A stretch of 63,927 bases of DNA, the filler included, from Candidatus Methanoxibalbensis ujae (GTDB lineage Archaea > Halobacteriota > Syntropharchaeia > Alkanophagales > Methanospirareceae), in the NCBI GenBank assembly GCA_026134085.1. It is 4 parts of 4 records of this genome, joined end to end, with 100 filler letters (N's around TTAATTAATTAA, not from the genome) between each part and the next. Parts side by side here need not be neighbours in the genome. Positions count along the whole stretch, not along the records: positions 20,374 to 40,212 come from JAOQIN010000034.1; 3 more parts are not named here. The stretch is one strand, 5' to 3'. Below, piece after piece: positions 22,295 through 30,760 of this stretch. The position numbers and the translations under genes are program-made. The notes beneath the pieces are model-generated. The model ran no database searches. It was given only the letters and a program-made list of their open reading frames with translations, and was not told the DNA's origin. Each line of letters starts with the position of its first letter. Position 1 is the stretch's first letter.

Positions 22295-22479
22295 GCTTAA
22301 TGAAAGGAGAGAAGAAAATCGTGTCTATAAGGAAGATAGTGGGGACAGGGGTTCTACCACTGTCAAAGGAGTTAACAGAGATAAAAGTGGATGTCGGTGA
22401 TTATGTGGTGATATATAGAGATGGAGAAAGGTTAGTGATAGAAAAGCTGGAGCTTAAAAATGGAGGGAGGGAGGAGTAA
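22291..22479 (+). CDS. AbrB/SpoVT-type DNA-binding protein
   Basis: IRKIVGTGVLPLSKE...VDVGDYVVIYRDGERLVIEK swapped-hairpin pattern. Confidence 0.7.
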   Translation: MSLMKGEKKIVSIRKIVGTGVLPLSKELTEIKVDVGDYVVIYRDGERLVIEKLELKNGGREE

Positions 22480-22499
22480 TCCTCCCTCATATTTTTTTC
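22467..22499 (+). terminator. hairpin plus T-tract
   Basis: GAGGGAGGA-GTAA-TCCTCCCTC followed by ATATTTTTTT. Confidence 0.45.
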
Positions 22500-22530
22500 A
22501 ATTGTAATATTGAGAGGAGGTGAGAGAGAT

Positions 22531-23574
22531 ATGGATAATGATGTTGTATTATATCTTATAAATATATCTCTATGCACTCCTTCATTAAAAATACATTATG
22601 ATAAAATTAAGGTGCGTGGTGCGTTAAACATATACATTGATGCACCGATCTCGTTTGGGAAATCAACAATAATAAGAGAGATTGAGGCAAATAATCTATG
22701 TGTCGTCATTAGAGAGCTTACGCCTGCATCAGTGCTTGGCACAATAAAGAGGGATGGAACATTCCTTGCAGGAGTAGTTGAGAAGTTTAACAATAATAGT
22801 GTTATAATTGATGAGTTTCAATCAGTGAGGAAGGATGTAAAGGAGATATTATTGGGCTTGATGGAGGAATCCAAATATGAGAAGGCACTTGCTTATCATG
22901 TTACATATCCTTATCGTTCTGATTGTGTGACTGTGGATAAAAATTTTATAAAGGTAAAGGTGAATTCATCATTTATCGTTACGAGTATGCTCTCAAACAA
23001 AACTCAATTACTCAGTGCGATTATATCAAGATGCTTACCTCTATTTGTATATGACAGACGAGTTGATGTCTTTGAGAAGTTTTTATATCCATCTTCTGTC
23101 ATTGACTCAGGCAATATTAAGGTTGGAGAGATTGAAAGAGCAAGGAAAGAGTTAAAGGATGTATATGTTAATAGAAATGAAAGAGCTCTCGTTATAAGTT
23201 CTTTTATCAATTCAAATATACCGCAGAGTTATATGTTGAGAGCCATGAATGATTTTGTTCGTGTTTGTGTTGTAGAATCATTTATGAGAGGATATAATGA
23301 GATAACAAGAGATATTGTTGAGGATTTAAAATTTGTGGTTAAGATTCAGGAGATGGGTTATCAGTTTTCTCATATGTCAAGAGCATCATTGATGCTTTAT
23401 TCTTTAATATGTAAAGCAGAGAAGGATGAAGACGGACTTGTGTCAGTTGATTATCTGTGTAAAAAAATGAATAAAACAGATAGATATATCAGAGCATTGA
23501 TCAGTGAGTTAAAACAGAACTCTATGATTACTGTTGTCACAAAAAGAAAGAAGAAGTATGTTCGTCCGTTGTGA
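22531..23574 (+). CDS. AAA+ ATPase, MCM-like putative helicase with C-terminal winged HTH
   Basis: Walker A APISFGKS, TPASVLGT, Walker B VIIDEF, Arg-finger-like AIISRC, and a C-terminal wHTH-like segment. Confidence 0.65.
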   Translation: MDNDVVLYLINISLCTPSLKIHYDKIKVRGALNIYIDAPISFGKSTIIREIEANNLCVVIRELTPASVLGTIKRDGTFLAGVVEKFNNNSVIIDEFQSVRKDVKEILLGLMEESKYEKALAYHVTYPYRSDCVTVDKNFIKVKVNSSFIVTSMLSNKTQLLSAIISRCLPLFVYDRRVDVFEKFLYPSSVIDSGNIKVGEIERARKELKDVYVNRNERALVISSFINSNIPQSYMLRAMNDFVRVCVVESFMRGYNEITRDIVEDLKFVVKIQEMGYQFSHMSRASLMLYSLICKAEKDEDGLVSVDYLCKKMNKTDRYIRALISELKQNSMITVVTKRKKKYVRPL

Positions 23575-23608
23575 TTAAAAATGTGATTAAAAAGGAGGTG
23601 ATGTCAAA

Positions 23609-24790
23609 GTGGATTATCACAAAATAAAGTTAAGAATGCTCGGACTGACTGAGGAGGAGTTTCAGATATTGCCGAGATTTGAACGAGTTGAGAGATTGAA
23701 TCGTCTGATGTCAGACCTCGCGGAGACTGAAGTAAGTATAAATGATGAAATAAGGAGGATAGAACGCGAATTAAGGGAAAAGAGAAGAGCCTATGAGAGA
23801 ATAATATCTGCAAGAGCAAGACTGAGAGCAAGACTGAGACATGTAAGGCGATTGAGGATAAGATTTGATATAATATATGCAGAATACAGAAGAGCACTGG
23901 GAAGAGTTGGCTCATACACAAGACTGCTGAACATAGCAATAAGAAGAGGATGGAGGGAGAGAGAAGAAAGATATAGAGAGTTACTGTTGAGGGCAAGAGA
24001 AGAATTACAAAGAATATCAGAACGATTAATTGATGTATCAGCAAGGATAAGAGCACATCCGCCTGTTGAAGAAATTGAAAGACGAATGAGGTCATGGGAG
24101 AGTGTTCTATCAAGAATAAGAGATGAGATTGAAAGAGAAACGAATGAGTTGGAATTAATGAGATCAAGAATAACAATTATAAGAGGAGTTACTGGTGACA
24201 TATTGAAGGAGATTGAGATACCTGTAACAATACTTCACAGATATACCACATTTGAAATAACAATACATGCAGGAATACAGTATGAGTCAGCGAAGAGAGG
24301 CAGTGATATAGATGTGGACATATTTGTAACATTTAGACTGAGGACATTAATTCCTCAGCATAGGGAGATGGACATTGACACATTTATAAGAGATATATCT
24401 GATATACTGACGAATAGTTCATGTCGTTTAATCAGTCTTTGTCATAATATGACTTATTTCGTTCTGCCGATTGAATCAGATATAAGATGTTCAATTATTG
24501 ATGTTGAGGTGCAAAGAGATGAAGTAAAAGATGTCACATTGAGGTATGTTGAAAAAGAAATGATGGACATATCAAGAGTATTGGAGGAGGAGTTAAGAGA
24601 TGAAATGAATTTGGTTGTGCTCCAGGTAAGATACTGGAGATGTAATACTATGGGGGAGGAGAAATCAAGGAACACTTATGCTGAGATAAATATGCTGAGA
24701 TGTATGGAGCAGAATTCTGATATAATTCTTGATGAGGTAAAGGAGAAGGTGAAGAGAGATGAACTGGCAATATTGAGTGAGGAGGTGTAA
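23609..24790 (+). CDS. Arg/Glu-rich coiled-coil protein with C-terminal alpha/beta domain
   Basis: GGAGGTGA RBS. The N-terminal ~190 aa are heptad-like and R/E-rich. Confidence 0.75.
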   Translation: MDYHKIKLRMLGLTEEEFQILPRFERVERLNRLMSDLAETEVSINDEIRRIERELREKRRAYERIISARARLRARLRHVRRLRIRFDIIYAEYRRALGRVGSYTRLLNIAIRRGWREREERYRELLLRAREELQRISERLIDVSARIRAHPPVEEIERRMRSWESVLSRIRDEIERETNELELMRSRITIIRGVTGDILKEIEIPVTILHRYTTFEITIHAGIQYESAKRGSDIDVDIFVTFRLRTLIPQHREMDIDTFIRDISDILTNSSCRLISLCHNMTYFVLPIESDIRCSIIDVEVQRDEVKDVTLRYVEKEMMDISRVLEEELRDEMNLVVLQVRYWRCNTMGEEKSRNTYAEINMLRCMEQNSDIILDEVKEKVKRDELAILSEEV

Positions 24791-24794
24791 GAGA

Positions 24795-25283
24795 ATGAGT
24801 AAGAGAATAAATGAGTATGACATCAAAGTGGATTTGGATATAAGCAAATGTGAAGGTGATGTGGTGAAAACAGCTGAAGAAATATGCAGGAGGATGTATT
24901 TCATTGAGATATATACTCCAGTCAGATTTGGTGATATTAAGGTATATGAGACAAAAAGGGGATTCCACTTATATATTGATCTGAAGGAACCTGCTTATTT
25001 GAAGAAGAATAAAGCATTTATAGTCATCCTTCAGTTATTGCTCATGTCTGACTGGAAGAGAGAAGTGTTTAACCTCTCAAGAGTTATGAGTATGTTCTTT
25101 TTGAATGTGGAATATGAGAACTGGAATATACTCTTTTACTGTAAGAGAGACACCAAAGGAAATTACTCAATAGAAAGGAGGACTTATCTCTCAATTATGT
25201 TTGAGAAGATATTACAGAATTACGAGAAAATAGGTGAGACAATTTTTGATCAAAATGAGAAGGAGGTGATAATAGACAAATGA
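24795..25283 (+). CDS. small AEP-superfamily (primase-like) protein
   Basis: DxD (VDLD), ETKRGFHLYI (motif II-like) and a later D (MSDW). GGAGGTG RBS before ATG 24795. Confidence 0.5.
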   Translation: MSKRINEYDIKVDLDISKCEGDVVKTAEEICRRMYFIEIYTPVRFGDIKVYETKRGFHLYIDLKEPAYLKKNKAFIVILQLLLMSDWKREVFNLSRVMSMFFLNVEYENWNILFYCKRDTKGNYSIERRTYLSIMFEKILQNYEKIGETIFDQNEKEVIIDK

Positions 25284-26041
25284 ATTATGAGATAGAGAGA
25301 GGAGATAACTTTGTGCTGATAAAGGGAGATTTCTTTGAGATAATGGATGAGTTAAGAGATAATCTAAGAGGGAAGGTGGGAGCAGTTATAACTGATCCGC
25401 CTTATGGAAGAGCACAATACTCTAATAAGTTCAATAAGTATTTAATACCTCTATCAGATGATAAGAGGAGGAAGTTTGTGGAGTTTGTAAGTGATGTTTT
25501 GATGAGTAGAAGTTATGCTTTCGTGTGCACAAACTGTTTTGAGTATGCCAAATATGTTATTGATTTTGAAAGGAGAGGTTTTGAACTCTATGGAGATGTG
25601 GTAATAGTATATGGGCAAGGTGCTCCTAAGAAATATAGGTTAAGGGATTCTCATGAACATTTACTGATTTTCACGAGAGATATAAGGAAGGATGTGGACA
25701 TAAACTCATTTAAAAATGTCTATCATACAATAAGAGCAAGAGGAATAAACAGATGTCATCCTGTTGAATTCAAAAATGCTCCATATGAGAAAATAGGGGT
25801 CACAGTTAAACCTCTTATGCTTCTCAGGAAAATAGTGAGGACATTCACTCGGCAGAATGAACTGATAGTAGATATGTTTGCTGGGAGTGCTTCAATCGGA
25901 GAGAGTGCATTATTGGAAGGAAGACGATATTTGGGAGTAGAGATAAGAGATTATGTGTTTGAGTTTGCACTTGAGCGATTGAGGAAGGTGGAACGAGATA
26001 TAAAAGAGCAGAGGGTTATTTTTTATAATTATAAAAAATAA
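25280..26041 (+). CDS. N4-C/N6-A DNA methyltransferase (beta class)
   Basis: ITDPPY precedes TVKP and VDMFAGSAS...EGRRYLGVEI. Confidence 0.9.
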   Translation: MNYEIERGDNFVLIKGDFFEIMDELRDNLRGKVGAVITDPPYGRAQYSNKFNKYLIPLSDDKRRKFVEFVSDVLMSRSYAFVCTNCFEYAKYVIDFERRGFELYGDVVIVYGQGAPKKYRLRDSHEHLLIFTRDIRKDVDINSFKNVYHTIRARGINRCHPVEFKNAPYEKIGVTVKPLMLLRKIVRTFTRQNELIVDMFAGSASIGESALLEGRRYLGVEIRDYVFEFALERLRKVERDIKEQRVIFYNYKK

Positions 26042-26345
26042 GAATTTTTGAAAAGCGGAACAAAAATCACGGACATGTGTATATACACATGTCTGCGGAA
26101 GTTGTTCCGTTTTTCAATTTTTCTTATTTTGTATAATCATAAAAAAGCGGAATTTTTGAAAAACGGAACAAAAAGCACGGGAATGTGTATATACACATGT
26201 CTGCGGAAGTTGTTCCGTTTTTCAATTTTTCTTTGTTTTTATGATTATAAAAAAACGGAAATCTTTAAAAGCGGAACAAAAATCACGGACATGTGTATAT
26301 ACACATGTCTGCGGAAGTTGTTCCGTTTTTAAAAATTATAAAAAA
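26019..26345. repeat. three 108-bp palindromic repeats built from 54-bp arms in alternating orientation
   Basis: Core (GAC)ATGTGTATATACACAT(GTC) centred at 26082/3, 26190/1 and 26298/9, alternating with TTTTATAATTATAAAA-type palindromes. Confidence 0.95.
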
Positions 26346-26378
26346 TAAGGAAAAATAAAAAGATAGGGGGGAGTATGC

Positions 26379-26660
26379 TTACTCCTTATTTATGCTCTCC
26401 CTCATCTCCTTAGAAGAGCTCTCTGTTGACTTGATTGATACCTCTGCAATGTATGAAGATGGCTGTTCAAAGATAAATCGTTCCTTTGACTCAGAGAAGA
26501 GGGAGGATATGACTCCTGCTGTGATACCTGATATTAATAGGAGTATGTTTTTTGCGTATTCTGCCTGAGCAGGTGCTGTCAATACTGCGATAAGTGAGCA
26601 TACTGTTATAATTGAGAGGAGGGAGAGCATGACATATGCAGCAGCAGTCTGTGCCTTCAT
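26379..26660 (-). CDS. viral small membrane protein (2 TM)
   Basis: Two hydrophobic segments, GGAGGTGA RBS. Confidence 0.7.
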   Translation of the reverse strand: MKAQTAAAYVMLSLLSIITVCSLIAVLTAPAQAEYAKNILLLISGITAGVISSLFSESKERFIFEQPSSYIAEVSIKSTESSSKEMRESINKE

Positions 26661-26664
26661 TATA

Positions 26665-26847
26665 TCACCTCCCTTTCACTCTTCCTTTTGGTATATTATT
26701 GTTTTTCCTCATATATAAGAATGTCGGGATAATTACTCCCAAAATGGAGAATGCGAGGAAGTGATAAAAAGAGAATCGTGTAGAGAGGAGGAGTATTATA
26801 AGGATTGTGTGATTGAGTATAATTATGTTCTTCATGTCTCTGAGCAT
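26665..26847 (-). CDS. viral small membrane protein
   Basis: Hydrophobic. The frame stays open upstream to an RBS near 26970, so the start may be earlier and non-ATG. Confidence 0.55.
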   Translation of the reverse strand: MLRDMKNIIILNHTILIILLLSTRFSFYHFLAFSILGVIIPTFLYMRKNNNIPKGRVKGR

Positions 26848-26975
26848 TGAGTGAATTGAAATGATGTAATAGAGTGTGGTATCACTCTGATATGGAGTGC
26901 TCTCTGGAGGTGGTTTATCGCTTCTGTCGTCTGCCTCATTATAAGTGTTGTGCGCGATGAGTATATCACCTCCTT

Positions 26976-27461
26976 TTAGTCAATATAAGGAATTAATCCC
27001 GCTCTTCGTCTTCTATATCGTGGAGTGTATTGAGGAGTGTATCGTGGAGTGTATCGTGGAGTATATCTCAGAGAATAAGAGCATCTTACGAGCATTGATT
27101 TGAGCATTGATATTATGGTAGAAATCTCATCACATAAGTCATATCTGTTGATCTCACATAATGTGCGTTGAGTATCTAATGCATGGTTTATAAGTTCTCT
27201 TATTGCGCTTTCACATAGATATTGAGAATCTGGTATTGTTGTCCTTTCAGGTGCTGGCAGTGGAGGTAGTTCCTCACTCAGTTCTTCTCCATATCCTTCC
27301 TCGTCAATGTAAGTAAGCTCCTCTTCACCTTCTTCTTCTTCTCTGTATTCAGGAATTTCTTCAGCTATTTCCTCAGGGATTTCTTCAGGTCTTTCCTCCG
27401 AAAGAAGTGAAGATAAGATTGCTCTTGTCATACTGTTGACTAATGCGTCCTCATTCATCAT
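26976..27461 (-). CDS. acidic protein with Cys-flanked helical hairpin and (RYTP)n basic tail
   Basis: EEIPEE repeats, LCES...DLCDEI...VRC, and RYTPRYTPRYTPQYTPRYRRRR. Confidence 0.75.
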   Translation of the reverse strand: MMNEDALVNSMTRAILSSLLSEERPEEIPEEIAEEIPEYREEEEGEEELTYIDEEGYGEELSEELPPLPAPERTTIPDSQYLCESAIRELINHALDTQRTLCEINRYDLCDEISTIISMLKSMLVRCSYSLRYTPRYTPRYTPQYTPRYRRRRAGLIPYID

Positions 27462-27464
27462 ACA

Positions 27465-27776
27465 TCACCTCCTCCTTCTTTTGTGTGATTTATTGGGTTT
27501 GTATAAATATAAATATTTTCCTTTGAGTGTGAAGGTAATACGATGAACAATCTCAATGGATAAATCAAGATATAATGAGAGAATGGAGTTGTCGGCAGAT
27601 GATATTGAGTGAGTATGCTTTGATAGATAGTGGGATAAGAGGGATATAAGGGATAATATTTCAGCATCTTTCATCCTTCTGGGATTTATGTCACCCTTGC
27701 TCTTTATTGAGAGGATTATATTGTTCTCGCTATCATGAGGGATTGAGGAGGATTTCCATATTTTTGGCTGTATCAT
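27465..27776 (-). CDS. viral hypothetical protein
   Basis: GGAGGTGA RBS, fits the operon. Confidence 0.6.
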   Translation of the reverse strand: MIQPKIWKSSSIPHDSENNIILSIKSKGDINPRRMKDAEILSLISLLSHYLSKHTHSISSADNSILSLYLDLSIEIVHRITFTLKGKYLYLYKPNKSHKRRRR

Positions 27777-27794
27777 TTGAATGCGGTCACCTCC

Positions 27795-28466
27795 TTATGA
27801 CATATACCATCTTATATATTCATCCGCAAACTGAGGAGGTATTGTCTCAAGTGTTTCTGGTATTAACTCTTCAGGGAATGTGCTTGATTCAATAAGGGAT
27901 ACTCTGAAACATCTCTCCCTGAATTCATTGCCCAATACTTCAACCTTTTCAGCATATCTCTCTGCTTCTTCTGAAAAGGTTATATATGCTGATTCATCAC
28001 CTCTCTCCCTGGCGATTAAAGCTTTCTTCATTGTAATTAAGTGCTTCTTATAATTTGCACTTATCTCAGAAATCATCCTTTTGCATATGTGAGTGAGAGG
28101 TCTTAACTTCTCATAATATATGGCTGCTTTATCTCTACTTTCAACACATATAACGCCAATGCCATCTATCTGATGAAACTGGTATGAGTAAATGAGGTCA
28201 ATTAATGATGCAAAAGGATTAACAATATGTGTGTGCCATAATGCATAATGAAGGTCAGGCTCATACTCCACATGTTCAAGATTTACTCTTGTTGCTTCTC
28301 CCTCTTCAAATGATATGTATAAAATATCTCCAGTTGAGGGGTCTATTGCACATATCCAGCAGTGCTGTGCACTTGATAATATTGAACGAATATATAAACC
28401 GAATGTTGTAAGTCTTTCTGTTACGCATATCTCTTTTAATGAGGTGTATGCATACTGCTTTGACAT
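27795..28466 (-). CDS. JAB/MPN-like domain protein (paralog 1)
   Basis: ALWHTHIVNPFASLID (HxH-x6-S-x2-D), DGIGVI, YYE. Confidence 0.6.
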   Translation of the reverse strand: MSKQYAYTSLKEICVTERLTTFGLYIRSILSSAQHCWICAIDPSTGDILYISFEEGEATRVNLEHVEYEPDLHYALWHTHIVNPFASLIDLIYSYQFHQIDGIGVICVESRDKAAIYYEKLRPLTHICKRMISEISANYKKHLITMKKALIARERGDESAYITFSEEAERYAEKVEVLGNEFRERCFRVSLIESSTFPEELIPETLETIPPQFADEYIRWYMS

Positions 28467-28467
28467 A

Positions 28468-29157
28468 TCAGTATATCACCTCCTCTCTCATTATCTTTAT
28501 AAGTGTTCTCCTTAATAAATGAGATGGGAAAGAGGCAGTCTCCTCAAATGCCTTATATATACATCCTTCCGCATGAGTAAATAATTTGTTCTTATATTCA
28601 AATAATAATTTGGACATCTCAGTTTTTAACTTATCAGCTTCATCATATCTCCCTTGCTGTATGAGTGTATCTATTTCATCCTTTAATCTCAATATGTTGA
28701 GCATTTCTTTTCTCATTAACTGGGAGATTTTTATACATTTCGGGAAGATTTCATAATATTCTGCTTTTACTCCTTCATTTGAAAGATATATAACACCAAT
28801 ACCATCAAGATTAAAAATTGCCTTCTCAAGGAGGAACGCCTTATCAATTGAGGATATACTGTCTTCAAACATAATGGATTCAGAATCATTGTGAATGTGA
28901 CCATAGATGTGAGTATGCCATAACGCTTTAATTCCATAATCCATAAAGAAGGAATCAGGTATTTCAACATAGTCTATTGTGCCTCTTATAATTTTGAACT
29001 CTGTGATAAAGTCATCAATTAAACGATATGCGAAACCAATTTCTCTTTCTTCTATATATGACTGAAAGTATATTCCCAATACTGTAACTCCAAGTCTTGT
29101 GGTTAAATCATATAATGTTCTATATGCAATATCAACAGACATCATTATCACCTTCAT
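28468..29157 (-). CDS. JAB/MPN-like domain protein (paralog 2)
   Basis: EREIG...ALWHTH...ISSID, DGIGVI, YYE. Confidence 0.6.
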   Translation of the reverse strand: MKVIMMSVDIAYRTLYDLTTRLGVTVLGIYFQSYIEEREIGFAYRLIDDFITEFKIIRGTIDYVEIPDSFFMDYGIKALWHTHIYGHIHNDSESIMFEDSISSIDKAFLLEKAIFNLDGIGVIYLSNEGVKAEYYEIFPKCIKISQLMRKEMLNILRLKDEIDTLIQQGRYDEADKLKTEMSKLLFEYKNKLFTHAEGCIYKAFEETASFPSHLLRRTLIKIMREEVIY

Positions 29158-29163
29158 TTCTTA

Positions 29164-29934
29164 TCATATCTCACTATGTATTACAGGACGGCATTGCTCA
29201 GATGCTCTATACCTCAACACAATCTTCATACATTGGCGAGATGCAGTCCTCAGTTTGTCTATGTAAGTTGTTGTCAACGATGATAGTCTTCTCATATGCT
29301 CATCCAATCTTTCAGAATATCTTGAAGCGAGTTCAATAATCCCTTCTTCTCTCGCTATTCGTATGTGTGCTCTCAATGATTTAATGTGATCAGCAATATC
29401 ACAGAGTTCATCATTAAGTTCCTTTAACTCCTTAATGATAGTTTCACATCTGACTTTTGTCTCATCAATGATTACACTTCTTTTTGGTCTGTATTCATAA
29501 TATTGAGCAACAATTGTCTCTTCTGTTACAGGAAATGATTGAGGAGAAATTATTGCGATACCATCTAAACCAAACATAACTCTCTCCAGAGCATACATTA
29601 GAGAGATGGTGGACATTCTCCATACATGAGGGTCTATTATAATCAGAACTTTCGGTCCTGGTGCATCATACGCTTCATGAGGAATATAAAGAGTTATCCT
29701 TTCACCAAAACGAGCATAATCACTTGCAATTGGTGTCGCATAAGTGGGAGTTGCTCTGTATAAATGAGCACTTTTAATGCTTGATGCCTGATGAAAACGC
29801 CATATCGCATAAAACGGTCTATATGATATGTCATCAAAATGAGTCAGATAAAAGTCCCATGCATACTCATCAATCTGTCTTATAAAATCCCTGCAGAATC
29901 TCTTTAACGCTACATCGCCAATCTCCTTACTCAT
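29164..29934 (-). CDS. degenerate JAB-like paralog 3
   Basis: LIIIDP replaces WHTH. Retains LDGIAII, YYE and the Cys-flanked hairpin. Confidence 0.55.
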   Translation of the reverse strand: MSKEIGDVALKRFCRDFIRQIDEYAWDFYLTHFDDISYRPFYAIWRFHQASSIKSAHLYRATPTYATPIASDYARFGERITLYIPHEAYDAPGPKVLIIIDPHVWRMSTISLMYALERVMFGLDGIAIISPQSFPVTEETIVAQYYEYRPKRSVIIDETKVRCETIIKELKELNDELCDIADHIKSLRAHIRIAREEGIIELASRYSERLDEHMRRLSSLTTTYIDKLRTASRQCMKIVLRYRASEQCRPVIHSEI

Positions 29935-29949
29935 TCATAATTCAACCTC

Positions 29950-30744
29950 CTATATTCTCTGTAATGTCATCCCCTCTATTCTCCACTCCTCTCTACATTG
30001 ATATCCTGCCCTATACCTCAGCACGACCTTCATACATTCACGAGACGCAGTCCTCAATCTGTTTATATAAACTGTTGTCAGCGATGATAGTCTTCTCATT
30101 AACGCATCCCTCATCGCTCTGAAATGTTCAGCAATTTCAATATCACCTTCCTCTATTGAGACACTCTCCTCTCTACTATATACTGCTATCGCATCAAGTA
30201 TATCACATAACTCAGTTTTAAGTGCTTCAAGCTCTTCAATGAATGATTCACATCTCACTGTAAATCCATTTACTCTTACAGTTTTTGTTGGACTGTATTC
30301 GTAATACTGTGCGATTATTGTGTCTTCTGTTACAGGATAAGATTGAGGAGCAATTATCCCTATTCCGTCTAAACCTAAACTGACTCTCTCTAGAGCATAC
30401 ATCAGAGAGATTGTGGGCATAGTGCGTGTTCGTGGATCAATTATTATTAAAACTTTGCTCCCTGGAAGTTCAAAATATTCTTGCGGTATATGTAGAGTTA
30501 TCCTCTCACCGAGTCGTGCATAATCACTTACAAAATCAGTTACATCACCATCCTCCACAATATATAAGTGAGCACTCTTAATGTCCATTTCAGCATGAAA
30601 CTGCCATATTGCATAAAAAGGCATAAATAACACAGTATCAGTATGCTGTTGATAGAATTCCTCATATTGATGACGAAATGCGATCTCTGTTATTAAGTTA
30701 TTACAGAATCTCTCCATAGCTATATGTCCGATCTCTTTACTCAT
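29950..30744 (-). CDS. degenerate JAB-like paralog 4 (close paralog of 29164-29934)
   Basis: Shares MSKEIG, PFYAIW, IKSAHLY, SDYAR, TISLMYALERV and MRRLSSLTT with paralog 3. Confidence 0.55.
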   Translation of the reverse strand: MSKEIGHIAMERFCNNLITEIAFRHQYEEFYQQHTDTVLFMPFYAIWQFHAEMDIKSAHLYIVEDGDVTDFVSDYARLGERITLHIPQEYFELPGSKVLIIIDPRTRTMPTISLMYALERVSLGLDGIGIIAPQSYPVTEDTIIAQYYEYSPTKTVRVNGFTVRCESFIEELEALKTELCDILDAIAVYSREESVSIEEGDIEIAEHFRAMRDALMRRLSSLTTVYINRLRTASRECMKVVLRYRAGYQCREEWRIEGMTLQRI

Positions 30745-30760
30745 TCATAAAATCACCTCT

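Noticed and set aside
26048..26332. 94-aa ORF with 36-aa repeats
   Set aside because: A by-product of the 108-bp DNA repeat, with a TTG start, no RBS, and conservation that follows DNA symmetry.
26019..26345. CRISPR array or viral mini-CRISPR
   Set aside because: The sequence between cores is itself repeated, so there are no unique spacers. The period is 108 bp and there are no cas genes.
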